Of a stretch of 64,000 nucleotides of DNA, positions 51,612 to 62,246 are shown piece after piece. Position 1 is the stretch's first letter. Every line of letters begins with the position of its first letter. The notes below the pieces were generated by a model. It was not told the origin of the DNA, did no database searches, and saw only the letters and a list, made by a program, of their open reading frames with translations. The position numbers and the translations under genes are program-made. Location: the NCBI GenBank assembly GCA_963843575.1, contig CAWJKZ010000027.1, forward strand, positions 64,588 through 128,587. The letters run 5' to 3'. This DNA is from an uncultured Acidobacteriota bacterium. GTDB lineage: Bacteria; Acidobacteriota; UBA6911.

Positions 51612-54171
51612 ATGGGCGCGCTTCTTCGCAACTTCCTGCCGGATGAATCCGAGCCGTCGGCCTCCGAGCTGCTCGACCGCTTCCTCGACTACACCACGAG
51701 CCTCGGGCTGACGCTCTATCCTCCACAGGAAGAGGCGGTCCTCGCGATCTTCGAGGACAAGAACGTCATCCTGAACACGCCGACCGGCTCGGGCAAATCG
51801 CTGGTGGCTTCCGCCATGCTGTTTGCGGCACTCGCGCACGGCAGGCGCGCGGTCTACACGTGCCCGATCAAGGCGCTCGTCAACGAGAAGTGGATGGCGC
51901 TCTGCAGGGAGCTCGGCCCCGAAAACGTAGGGCTCTCGACGGGCGACGCGAGCGTCAATCGCGACGCCCCCATCCTCTGCTGCACCGCCGAGATCCTCGG
52001 CAACATCGCCCTGCGCGCAGGCGAGAACGCAGAGGTGGACGACGTGGTGATGGACGAGTTTCACTGGTACGCCGATCGGGATCGTGGCGTGGCGTGGCAG
52101 ACGCCGCTGCTCACCCTGCCCCGCACCCGGTTCCTGCTGATGTCGGCCACGCTGGGCGACACGGCGTTTTTCCAGGAAGAACTCACCCGGCTCAACGGGC
52201 TCCCGACCCAGAGCATCAAGTCGGGCGAGCGCCCGGTGCCCCTGCAATTCAGCTACGCCGAGATTCCGCTCGCCCACACCATCGAGAAGCTCGCGGACGA
52301 GGGGAAGGTACCGGTGTACGTCGTGCACTTCACGCAGAAGGACGCCGCCGCAAGCGCACAGGACTTCACCAGCCTGAAGATCTGCACGCGCGAGGAGAAG
52401 GCCGCCATCGCCTCCGCGATCGCGGACTTCCGGTTCACGAGCCCTTACGGGTCGGACGTGCGTAAGTGGCTGCGCCACGGGATCGGCCTGCACCACGCCG
52501 GGCTCCTGCCCAAGTACCGGGTCCTGGTCGAGCGACTGGCCCAGCGCGGCCTGCTCAAGGTCATCTGCGGGACCGACACGCTGGGTGTCGGGATAAACGT
52601 CCCCATCCGCACCGTCCTCTTCACGCGGCTGTGCAAGTTCGACGGGCGGAAGACGGGCATCCTGAGCGCCCGCGACTTCCACCAGATCGCGGGGCGTGCC
52701 GGGCGCAAGGGATTCGACGACCGGGGATTCGTCGTCGTCCAGGCGCCCGAACACGTGATCGAAAACATCCGGCTGGGCGAGAAGGCCGCGCGGGAGGGCA
52801 AGAAGGTCGTGAGACGCAGGCCCCCCGAGCACAACTTCGTCAACTGGGACCTCAACACGTTCAAGCGACTCATCGCGGCGCAGCCGGAGCAGCTCGTGTC
52901 ACGCTTCCAGGTCTCGCACGGGATGCTCCTCAACGTGTTGAGCCGCCGGAGCGACGGCTGCGCGGCCATGCGCCGGCTGATCCACGACTGCCACGAGCCG
53001 GACGGGGCCAAGAAGGCACACGGGCGACGCGCCTGGCAGCTGTTCCGCGCACTTGTCGAGCGGCGCATCGTCGAGTTCATCCCGAAGACCGAGGACGGAT
53101 CCAAGCTGCGGGTGAATGTCGAGCTCCAGGACGACTTCTCAATGGACCAGACGTTGTCGCTCTTCCTCCTGGAAACCATACCCCTGCTGGACCCGGATTC
53201 GCCCGATTACGCGCTCGACCTGCTCACGCTGGTCGAGTCTATCCTCGAGGATCCCGAGATCATACTTCGCCGCCAGCTCGACAAGATCAAGGACGAAGCC
53301 GTCGCGCAGATGAAGTCCGATGGCGTCGAGTACGACCAGCGCATGGAGGAGCTGGACAAGCTCGAGTACCCCAAGCCGCTCCGCGACTTCATCTATGGGA
53401 CGTTCGACGCCTTCGCCGACAAGCACCCGTGGGTGGGCGAGGAAAACATCCGCCCCAAGTCGATCGCCCGCGAGATGTTCGAGCAGTTCAAGTCGTTCGC
53501 CGAGTATATCTACGACTACGAGCTGCAGCGCTCGGAAGGGCTGCTGCTCCGCCACCTCAACAGCGTCTACAAGGTGCTGCGGGCGACCGTGCCCGATTAC
53601 GCCAAGTCGGACGAGGTGGTCGACATGGAACAGTACCTGCACACGCTCCTGACCGCGGTCGATTCGAGCCTGGCCGAGGAGTGGGAAAGGATGCGGGACC
53701 CGGCCTACCAGCCTATCGGCACCGCCGCCGGCGCGGCAAAGGAGCTTCGGCCGCCGGGAGCCGACGCGGCGGAGGCCGGACGTCACGCGCGACACGAAAC
53801 GCTTCACCGCCGCCGTCCGCGCCCGGGTGTTCTCGTTCCTGCGGGCGTGGTCCATCGGCGACGTCGACGCCGCCATCGAGGCGCTCGACAGCCCCCGCGA
53901 CGGCGACGGGGAGCCGTGGACACCCGGGCGCCTGAAGGAGGCGTGGGAGGCCTACCGCACCGGGCACGCAGGCCTCCGTTTCGACCCGGAAGCGCGCAAC
54001 CTGCGCCACACGCACGTCACCGCGGACGAGAGGGCATGGAAGGTCGAGCAGATGCTGATCGACCCGGAGATGCTCAACGACTGGGTGGCGGAGTTTGCGG
54101 TCGATCTCGCCGCGTCGCGCGCAGCGAACGAGCCCCTGATCTTCCTCCGGCGCCTCGCCGGTTTTGTGTAG
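51612..54171 (+). CDS. Ski2-like DEAD/DEAH helicase with DUF3516; frameshift ~53780
   Basis: [40 protein letters not shown]; C-terminus in ORF 53827-54171. Confidence 0.9.
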
Positions 54172-54202
54172 ACAGGGGGGCGTTTCGAGCTGCAAAAGTC
54201 GC

Positions 54203-54250
54203 CTCGAAGTCTCGAAGGACTCGAAGGATCTCAAAGGATCTCAAAGGACT
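54203..54250. repeat. Short tandem repeat, about 5 units of 8-10 bp
   Basis: CTCGAAGT-CTCGAAGGA-CTCGAAGGAT-CTCAAAGGAT-CTCAAAGGA. Confidence 0.7.
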
Positions 54251-54280
54251 GTCCGGACGGATTTGTGGTTTAATTGGCCC

Positions 54281-55639
54281 ATGAAAACCAAAACTGTCCT
54301 CCTTATGCTCCTGACCATCGGCTGCTCCGTGGCATTTACCGGAGCGGCCGCCGCGCCCGAATGGAAGGCCGGCGTCGCCGCCATAAAAATCACGCCCGAG
54401 AAACCCGTCTGGCTCGCCGGCTATGCGGCCCGCAAGAAGCCCTCGGAAGGCGTCGCCCTGGACCTGTATGCCAAGGCGCTGGCGCTGGAGGACGAGCGCG
54501 GGAACCGCGCCGTGATCGTGACCGCCGACATCCTGGGATTCCCGGGGGCGATCTCGGATGCCATCGCCGAACGCCTGCGGGAGCGCCACGGGCTCAGCAG
54601 GGAGCAGGTGGTGTTCACCTGCTCGCACACCCACAGCGGCCCCGTCGTGCGCGACTCCCTGAAGATCGCGTACTCGCTGGACGAGGCCCAGGTGGCGGCC
54701 ATCCAGGACTACACATCGGTCCTGAGCGACCGCGTCGTGCAGGTCGTCGGCGAGGCCCTCGGCAAATTGACCCCGGCTTCGCTCGAGCTCTATTACGGCA
54801 GGGCGGAGTTCGGAGTCAACCGCCGGGAAAAGAAGGAAGGCGGCGTGGTCATCGGCGTCAACAGCGCCGGGCCGGTCGACCATGAAGTCCCCGTCCTTCG
54901 CGTCGTCGACGCTGCCGGCGCGACCAGGGCCATTTTGTTCGGCTACGCCTGCCACAACACCACCCTGGGGGGCGACCGCTACCTGTTCCACGGCGACTAC
55001 GCCGGAGTCGCTCAGCGGCAACTGGAGCAGGCTTGGCCTGGCGCCGTGGCGCTGTTCATGATCGGCTGCGGAGCCGACACCAATCCGAACCCGCGCGGGA
55101 CGATCGAGCTCGTCGAGACTCACGGCCGGGCGCTGGCGGCGGCCGTCTCGGGCGCCCTTTCGGGCGGCCACGGGCTGCCGGTGCATGCGCCGCTCAGGAC
55201 CAAATTCGACCGGGTCGACCTGCCCCTGTCGACGCCTCCCTCGCGCGAGGAGCTGCAGGCCCGCCTCTCCGACAAGGACATATACGTCCAGCGCCACGCG
55301 AAGATGTTGTTGTCGGTGCTCGACGAAAAGGGGCGCCTCCCCACGTCCTACCCCTATCCGATCGGCATCCTCGAGTTCGGACGGGACATGAGCATGGTCT
55401 TCCTGGCAGGCGAAGTGGTCGTGGATTACGATTTGCGGCTCAAACGCGAGTTGCCGCCGCCGGGGAGGCTCTGGGTGGTGGGCTACGCCAACGACGTCTT
55501 CGCCTACATCCCATCGAGACGCATTCTCGAGGAAGGCGGGTACGAGGCGTCGACCTCGATGATCTATTACGGCATGCCCGGCCCGTGGGCGCCCGAGGTC
55601 GAGGACACACTGGTGTCCAAGGTGAAACAGATTCGGTGA
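54281..55639 (+). CDS. Neutral/alkaline ceramidase N-terminal domain family protein, secreted
   Basis: ITP...LAGYAAR, SHTHSGP, YACHNT, GDYAG, GEVVVDY, GYANDV..YIPS, EGGYE. Confidence 0.85.
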   Translation: MKTKTVLLMLLTIGCSVAFTGAAAAPEWKAGVAAIKITPEKPVWLAGYAARKKPSEGVALDLYAKALALEDERGNRAVIVTADILGFPGAISDAIAERLRERHGLSREQVVFTCSHTHSGPVVRDSLKIAYSLDEAQVAAIQDYTSVLSDRVVQVVGEALGKLTPASLELYYGRAEFGVNRREKKEGGVVIGVNSAGPVDHEVPVLRVVDAAGATRAILFGYACHNTTLGGDRYLFHGDYAGVAQRQLEQAWPGAVALFMIGCGADTNPNPRGTIELVETHGRALAAAVSGALSGGHGLPVHAPLRTKFDRVDLPLSTPPSREELQARLSDKDIYVQRHAKMLLSVLDEKGRLPTSYPYPIGILEFGRDMSMVFLAGEVVVDYDLRLKRELPPPGRLWVVGYANDVFAYIPSRRILEEGGYEASTSMIYYGMPGPWAPEVEDTLVSKVKQIR

Positions 55640-56076
55640 AGAACGGGGAAAATCAAAAACCTTTCGTGGCAAGTCCTTGATTTGTATGGTTCAGATGTTT
55701 GGCATCCCAGGATCGATTCGTGCCTGCCCCGTTCTGCAACCAGAACAATTGCGCCACCGCTTGTGCAAATAATCCCGCACACCCACTTCTAACGGAGTAG
55801 AATCACTGCATCGGGTAACAAACATCACCCCCAGCTAGAACAAACGACTTAACGCCGGCGCTATAACGCCGACATTCCCGGGATTCAGAAGACCGCGTCG
55901 CGAACGACGCCCGAATCGGGTTCGCGAGGCGTTAGACCGTCGCCATACGACGATCCAACGTCCTGAGTGCGCAGTCCCCAGGGCGCGTGGCTGAGAAAGT
56001 GAGTCCCGCTGCGGCAAGGGAGATTGGACGAGAGTTTTGAACTATCCACAGTTTGTTTTCTGAAAGGACACAGCCT

Positions 56077-56754
56077 ATGCACAGAGTTTTGGCTTTGTTT
56101 GCGTTGGCAGGTTTTGCATCCACGACGGCATTTGCGCAGGACCCCGCAAAGGTGGCTCCGAAACAATGCAAAGTTGCGTTTGAAAATCAGTACGTGCGCG
56201 TTTTGCATTGGACGATTGGGCCTCACGAAAAGGTCTCGATGCACGGGCACCCCGCCCTCGTGTCCATATCTCTGTCTGGCAGCAAGAGCCGCTACACATC
56301 ACCCGACGGGAAGACGAGAGAGGTCGGGGGAAACGCGGGGCAGGCGGTTTGGAACGACCCCGAGAAACACGCCAGCGAGAACCTGAGTGACACTACGGGC
56401 GAAGTAATACAGGTGGAACTGAAAGAGAAGCCCGGAAGCGCCATAACCACCATTGCAGCCGCCGAAGACTCCGTCAAAGTGGATCCCAGGCATTACGCCG
56501 CCGAATTCGAGAACGACCGCGTCCGCGTGCTGCGGATCAAATACGGGCCGCACGAAAAGTCCGTGATGCACGCCCATCCGGCAAACGTCGCCGTCTATCT
56601 CACAGACGGACGGGCCAAAATGACTCTTCCGGACGGCAAGACAGGCGAGACAAACCTCAAAGCGGGACAAGTGAAGTGGGCTGACAAGGAGAAACACCTG
56701 CCCGAAAACGTCGGGACTGCCCCCTTCGAGCTGATCCTGGTCGAACTTCGATAG
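56077..56754 (+). CDS. Secreted tandem cupin-domain protein
   Basis: Two repeats of FEN..VRVL....GPHEK..MH.HP...H..EN.......I.VEL after a signal peptide. Confidence 0.8.
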   Translation: MHRVLALFALAGFASTTAFAQDPAKVAPKQCKVAFENQYVRVLHWTIGPHEKVSMHGHPALVSISLSGSKSRYTSPDGKTREVGGNAGQAVWNDPEKHASENLSDTTGEVIQVELKEKPGSAITTIAAAEDSVKVDPRHYAAEFENDRVRVLRIKYGPHEKSVMHAHPANVAVYLTDGRAKMTLPDGKTGETNLKAGQVKWADKEKHLPENVGTAPFELILVELR

Positions 56755-56860
56755 GCTGCGGGTGGTCCGGGGACCCCTGGCGCTGAAAGGGCGGCACACT
56801 CAGCGATGTCGCCCATTCAGGGCTCAGAGTGATGTATGATGGCTGCAACCGAGACGCGCA

Positions 56861-57562
56861 ATGACAGCCAGTCCCCATTACAACGGCCCCCGTTCCCTGC
56901 GGCTGATCGCCGTTCCCGCCGCTATTACACTCGGCGTTACCCTCCTGCGCCTGACCGGTGAGCTGCGGCACTGGCCGGCACGGTGGTTCAGCACCGATAC
57001 CGGCGGCCCCGTCCCCCAGGGCGTGAGCTGGATCGTAGGCATCACTTGGCTTGCCATTCCGTTCGGGATCTACTTTGCGTTCAAACTGGCCAGGGGCGGC
57101 GACGGGCCTCGCTCTGTCGGCAGAGCCCTGACGTGTGCCGCAGGCGGCCTGCTCATTTTCCTGGGTTCCAGGTATCTGCTCGCCCTCATCCCCGTGAAGT
57201 TCCCCGAAATCCTCATTTTCGTCTGGTTGTTCTGGGCGCTGGCGGCCGGGCTGCAATTCTACGGCTGGCCGAGCCTTGCCAGGGTGCTGCTGTGGTACGG
57301 TCTGGCTGCGCGCATTCCCGTGGCGATCGTTATGTTCTTCGCCATGCTGGGGAACTGGGGGACTCACTACGATTACGTGGGGATCCAATGGCCGTCCCAT
57401 TTTTCGCCCGGCTTCGCGTCGAGGTATCTCTGGCTGGCGTTCTTTCCGCAACTGGTTGCCTGGGTCGCATACACCACCACGCTGGGCTCCCTCGCCGGCG
57501 TCGTAGCCACGGCGCTGATCCGCCCGAAATCTTCCCGTGTCGAGTCTTCCGATACTGTCTAG
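56861..57562 (+). CDS. Hypothetical multi-TM membrane protein
   Basis: Several hydrophobic helices; GNWGTHYD motif. Confidence 0.7.
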   Translation: MTASPHYNGPRSLRLIAVPAAITLGVTLLRLTGELRHWPARWFSTDTGGPVPQGVSWIVGITWLAIPFGIYFAFKLARGGDGPRSVGRALTCAAGGLLIFLGSRYLLALIPVKFPEILIFVWLFWALAAGLQFYGWPSLARVLLWYGLAARIPVAIVMFFAMLGNWGTHYDYVGIQWPSHFSPGFASRYLWLAFFPQLVAWVAYTTTLGSLAGVVATALIRPKSSRVESSDTV

Positions 57563-57885
57563 GGGGAGACCTGCCAACCTACATTTGCACGTGCTGGATC
57601 GCGGAGAGCTTGCGGCCCGCGGCGGCATCGTCGTAGAACAGCTGGCGCGGGATTTCTCGGCTCCGAACCCGCTGCATGGACATGGATGGCGGGAGTCGCA
57701 GAGCTTCTCGGCACCCATGCCGCTTTTGAGTGAGAGCCGCGTCCGCCGCCGATCGGCGCACCCCATACTTCCGTGGACCGGCGCGGCCTCATCCCGCCAC
57801 ACCTCAGGCAAGTTGAATGTCCCGCGTGCGGGTATTTCAGACGCTTTCAGGGAACCTTGGCGAGGAACTTCTCGTTGAAAGCAGC

Positions 57886-60318
57886 ATGGAAACGGTCATG
57901 CAGGACATTCGCCAGAGTTTCAGGTTCTTCAGACACAACCCGCTCTATGCGCTCGTGATTATCCTGACCCTCGCGGTGGGAATCGGCGCAAATTCCGGGA
58001 TATTCAGCATCGTCAACGCCGTCCTGCTGCGACCGCTTCCCTACCGGGAGCCGGAGAACGTCATGCTGGTGTGGGAGTCCTTTCCCAAGCTCGGCTTCGA
58101 CCAGGTTCCTGCCTCGGCCCCCAATTACTTCGACTGGAAGGAACAGAACCGCTCCTTTGAAGACCTAGCGGCCGTGTTCGCGATGCCGGAGTATGGGTTC
58201 AACCTGGCGATCGACGGAGCCGCGGAGCGTGTGCCCGGGGGACGGGCGTCGGCCAACCTCCTTTCAGTCCTGGGTCTCCGGCCGGTGCTGGGCCGTTCGT
58301 TTCTCCCGGAGGAGGATCGTCCCGGCGGAGTTCCGGTTGCCCTCATCAGCCACCGCCTCTGGAAGGACCGGTTCGGCTCGGACTCGTCCATAGCAGGACG
58401 CAAGGTGTTGATCGATTCTCTGCCACACACGGTCGTGGGAGTAATGCCCGCGGAGATCCAGGCGCTGGGCACGGTGGACGTCTGGGTGCCGACCGCGCTC
58501 AATCGCAACGCCCCGCGCGGCGATCACGTCGTCGGCGTCATCGGGCGGTTGAAAGCCGGCGTGAGCGCGCAGGCGGCGCAGGGGGAAATAGAAATCATCG
58601 AGCGCCGCCTCGCAAGCGAGATGGGCGTCGCCCCCGATGCCGTGGGAATCAACATCATGCCCATCGCCAGGTTTTACACGGGCGCGATCGCCCCGGCCCT
58701 GCTCCTGCTCCAGGGGGCGGTGGCGTTGCTCCTACTGGTGGCGTGCGCGAACGTAGCGGGCCTGATACTTGCGAGGGCCGTCAACCGGACCCAGGAGGTC
58801 GCGATCCGGATGGCCCTGGGGGCGGGACGCGGCAGGATGGCCCGCCAACTGCTCACCGAGAGCATGCTGTTGGCGCTCGTGGGGGGCGGGGTCGGGCTCC
58901 TCATGGCGAATTGGGGCATTCGGCTGCTGCGCTCCGCACTGCCCGACCTCATCCCGCGGCTGAAGAGCATGTCGATCGACTCCAACGTCCTCATCTTCAC
59001 CGTTGGGATGTCGCTTCTGACCGGCGTGCTGTTCGGGTTGGTCCCTGCCTGGAAGTCCGGGCGCGGCGATCTCGCCTCGCAGATCAACGCGGGTTCAATC
59101 AGGCTTGCCGGGAGCAGATCCGGGCAGAGGGCCCGCAGCGTGCTCCTCACGGCCGAGATGGCGATGACCCTGGTCCTCGCCATCACCGCCGGGCTGCTGG
59201 TCAAAAGCTTCTGGAACCTGATGAGCGTGCCGGCGGGTCTGCGTGCCGATCATCTGTTGACGCTCGGGCTGAACTTGCCCGAGGCCAAGTACAAGGATCC
59301 TGCACAGCGCAGCCGGCTCCTGAAAGACCTGCTCGGCCGCCTGGAATCCTTGCCCGGGGTTCGATCGGCGGCAAGCATCAGCCTGCTCCCGCTGCGGGGC
59401 AATCTCCTGGTGAAGCGCTCCAACGTGGCCGGCTTTGCGGTGGAAGGACGCCCCGCCGTTCGGCCGGGAGAGGAACCGAATGCCGACTACAGGTTCGTAA
59501 CCGCGAACTATTTTCAGACAATGGAGATCCCCCTGCTGCAGGGACGGTTCTTCAGCGAGGCCGACACCCCCGAAAGGCCGCGGGTGGTTCTGATCAACGA
59601 GACGATGGCCCGAAAACACTTCGCCGGCGAGAATCCTCTCGGCAAGAAACTACGATTCATGCCCGTGACTTCGGAACCCTATGAGATCGCGGGCGTGGTC
59701 GGCAACGTTCACCTGGGAAGCCTCGCCGATCCTGTGGAACCCGCGATTTACCTGCACAATGATCAACAGCCGCGCCTCGTCATGAGCGTCGTGGTGAGAA
59801 CCGCGATGGACCCGGCCTCCCTCGCCGTCGCGATCCGCCGGGAGATCTTGGCGCTGGACGCCGAATTGCCGGTTTCGGACCTGCAGAGCATGGAAAACGT
59901 GATCTCGAACTCCCTCCTGCCACAGAGGCTGGCGATGGTCTTGATGTCGGCCTTCGCGCTGTTTGCCCTCCTGCTTGGGATTATGGGGATCTACGGCCTG
60001 ACGGCCATGCTCGTCAACCAGCGCATCCGGGAAATCGGGATAAGGATGGCGCTCGGCGCCGAACCGGGGGCCATATTGCGGCTGATCGTCTCGAGGAGCA
60101 TCGTCATTACCCTGGCGGGCACCTGCCTCGGGTTGCCCGGCGCCCTGCTCCTGGTCCGCGGGATGGGGAATCTCCTGTATGGGGTGACGGCGCGCGACCC
60201 CTGGGTCTTCGGAGGCGTTGCCGCCGTCATGGCAGCATCCGCCCTGCTGGCAGCCCTAGTCCCAGCCGCGCGCGCGACCCGCACAAACCCGCTGTCCGCT
60301 GTCAGGGGGCGGACCTGA
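57886..60318 (+). CDS. ADOP-type duplicated ABC transporter permease (MacB/FtsX repeats)
   Basis: QDIR...R...TLAVGIGAN..IFS.VNAVLLRPLP, LLVACANVA, EVAIRMALGA, REIGIRMALGA. Confidence 0.92.
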   Translation: METVMQDIRQSFRFFRHNPLYALVIILTLAVGIGANSGIFSIVNAVLLRPLPYREPENVMLVWESFPKLGFDQVPASAPNYFDWKEQNRSFEDLAAVFAMPEYGFNLAIDGAAERVPGGRASANLLSVLGLRPVLGRSFLPEEDRPGGVPVALISHRLWKDRFGSDSSIAGRKVLIDSLPHTVVGVMPAEIQALGTVDVWVPTALNRNAPRGDHVVGVIGRLKAGVSAQAAQGEIEIIERRLASEMGVAPDAVGINIMPIARFYTGAIAPALLLLQGAVALLLLVACANVAGLILARAVNRTQEVAIRMALGAGRGRMARQLLTESMLLALVGGGVGLLMANWGIRLLRSALPDLIPRLKSMSIDSNVLIFTVGMSLLTGVLFGLVPAWKSGRGDLASQINAGSIRLAGSRSGQRARSVLLTAEMAMTLVLAITAGLLVKSFWNLMSVPAGLRADHLLTLGLNLPEAKYKDPAQRSRLLKDLLGRLESLPGVRSAASISLLPLRGNLLVKRSNVAGFAVEGRPAVRPGEEPNADYRFVTANYFQTMEIPLLQGRFFSEADTPERPRVVLINETMARKHFAGENPLGKKLRFMPVTSEPYEIAGVVGNVHLGSLADPVEPAIYLHNDQQPRLVMSVVVRTAMDPASLAVAIRREILALDAELPVSDLQSMENVISNSLLPQRLAMVLMSAFALFALLLGIMGIYGLTAMLVNQRIREIGIRMALGAEPGAILRLIVSRSIVITLAGTCLGLPGALLLVRGMGNLLYGVTARDPWVFGGVAAVMAASALLAALVPAARATRTNPLSAVRGRT

Positions 60319-60425
60319 GCAAAGAGCTTAAATTACAGTAATTTAGCCTGAATTTCGACCTGAAAATGGGCCTTATTTGAGATTTTGGGGCCCCTTTTTA
60401 ATAAATAGGGGATGAGGAGCGCGGC
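60305..60425 (+). repeat. 3'-truncated copy of family A element, overlapping the permease stop
   Basis: GGGGGCGGACCTGAGCAAAGAGCTTA...GGCCTTATTTGAGATTTT, near-colinear with 63509-63630. Confidence 0.8.
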
Positions 60426-60518
60426 GCGCTTGCGTCGCGCAGCCTTGGGGACGTCTCCAGCGGTTTAGGTACGATCCTTCGTTCATCCCATGTGTAATCG
60501 TAGCTGCCCTATTGACGG

Positions 60519-60547
60519 TTGACCTCACATCTCTTCGCTCCTAACAT
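60519..60547 (+). promoter_or_regulatory. Probable sigma-70 promoter upstream of the CusB-like gene
   Basis: TTGACC-N17-TAACAT. Confidence 0.45.
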
Positions 60548-60686
60548 TGTGTTAACTGAGTGCGGTGTTCCTCCGGCTTCGGGTGACCGGAGATCAGACA
60601 ATCAACGGGAAATCGGTCTCGTGGCGGCGCTGCGGCTTTGCCTGCAATCGACTGCCGTTTAGAACCTCCAACTCGGGCGGTGGCAT

Positions 60687-62009
60687 GTGCGCGTCAAGAA
60701 CGCTGCACGACTCTTCGTCGTGCTTGGGTTGATGGCCGCAGCGTACCTGGCGGGATCGTGGAACGGTCGCCGTCGAAGCGAGGCAGAGCCGGGCGCAGCG
60801 GCAAAAGCAGCCCTGTATTACAGGTGCCCGATGCACCCCGGTATCCAGGCGGACAAGCCAGGACAGGCCCCGTGCTGCGGTATGAACCTGGAGCCAGTCG
60901 TTGCGGACGGATCGAGCTCCCTGGCAGGTGGAGATAAGGCCGCTCAACCTGCGATCGTCCACGTCAGCCCGGCGAAGCAGCAGATGATCGGACTGCGCTG
61001 CGGGACGGTGGAGAGGGCGCCCGCTGCCCGCAAGCTGCGACTGCTTGGGCGCATTGCCGCCGACAGCGCGCGTATCTATCCGCTACGGACTTCCGCGGAG
61101 GGTTGGATCCGCCGGACCTATTCCGACTCTGTTGGCAGCCTGGTAAAAAAGGGGCAAATCCTGGCGACTTTATATACCCCCGGGCTTCGGTCCGCCGAAC
61201 TCCATTACTTTCAGCTGCTGAACAACGTGTCCGACGCACAGCCGGAATCAGCCGCATCGAAGCCGTCAATACAGGCGCTGATGGACGCGCGCATGCAGCA
61301 GGCGGTGGACGGCCTCCGCACACTCGGGATGCCGGACGACCAGATCGAAGAGTTGGGCAGAGTCCGGCAGCCGGCTTCTGAGGTGATTCTCCGCTCCCCT
61401 CAAACCGGGTTCGTCCTGGCGCGCGAAGTTTTCCCGGGTTTGCGCTTTGAAAAGGGTATGGAGCTGTACCGGATCGCAGACCTGAGCCGGGTGTGGATCT
61501 TTGCCGATATTTTCGAGAGCGATACGGACCGTCTCCCCGCGCGGTTTGAGGCGCGGGTATCTCACCTGCTGCTGCGAAGGTCGTTCAACGCGCGATCAAG
61601 CGATATCCCGCCGCAGTTTGACCCGGCGTCCCGCACATTGAAGGTGCGTCTGGAGGCCGATAATCCGGGTTACTTCCTGCGGCCCGACATGTTTGTCGAT
61701 GTCGAGGTGCCCGTCGACGCCGGACCGGCGCTGGTAATCCCCGCAGAGGCCGTCCTCGACAGCGGTATGAAGAAGACGGTGTTCGTAGATCGGGGCAGTG
61801 GGTTTTTCGAGCCCCGGCAGGTGGAGACCGGCTGGAACGCGGATGGCCGCGTGGAAATCCGGAAAGGGCTCGTCGATGGTGAGCGCATCGTGCTCTCGGG
61901 AACCTTCCTGCTGGATTCGGAGAGCCGCATGAACGAAACGGCCTGGGGGCGTAAAGCAACCGGGGAATCTTCGGAAGGGGCCGGCCGGCTTGGACTGGCG
62001 ACCCCGTGA
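60687..62009 (+). CDS. CusB-like RND periplasmic adaptor with heavy-metal-binding domain
   Basis: YRCPMHP...PG..PCCGMNL, GWI...VKKGQ.L, IADLSRVW, LRPDMFV, FLLDSES. Confidence 0.88.
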   Translation: MRVKNAARLFVVLGLMAAAYLAGSWNGRRRSEAEPGAAAKAALYYRCPMHPGIQADKPGQAPCCGMNLEPVVADGSSSLAGGDKAAQPAIVHVSPAKQQMIGLRCGTVERAPAARKLRLLGRIAADSARIYPLRTSAEGWIRRTYSDSVGSLVKKGQILATLYTPGLRSAELHYFQLLNNVSDAQPESAASKPSIQALMDARMQQAVDGLRTLGMPDDQIEELGRVRQPASEVILRSPQTGFVLAREVFPGLRFEKGMELYRIADLSRVWIFADIFESDTDRLPARFEARVSHLLLRRSFNARSSDIPPQFDPASRTLKVRLEADNPGYFLRPDMFVDVEVPVDAGPALVIPAEAVLDSGMKKTVFVDRGSGFFEPRQVETGWNADGRVEIRKGLVDGERIVLSGTFLLDSESRMNETAWGRKATGESSEGAGRLGLATP

Positions 62010-62246
62010 TACTGGAGTTGCCGCTCCAGCGGAATCAACGCCACCAGTGGCGGGAGGGGAGGTCGTCGTATTGACTCGTCCGGAAGCGTGATACTTGGGC
62101 CATCGAGTGTCCCGCGACGGGTCCACACAGTCTGCTCGAAAACACAAATACGCGGCAGGATCTGAGCGCATGCCTCAAACGCTTTTTTGACCGATTCGCG
62201 AGTAGGGGGGGAAATGCAATTCGATCACGTGCATCAAACTGCCTGG

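Noticed and set aside
54203-54250. CRISPR array
   Set aside because: 8-10 bp tandem units without spacers; no cas genes.
55665-55690. att-like AAGTCCTTGATTTGTATGGT motif
   Set aside because: No tRNA 3' end or integrase follows.
57563-57885. Possible small ORF or gene relic before the ABC permease
   Set aside because: No recognisable motif or credible start.
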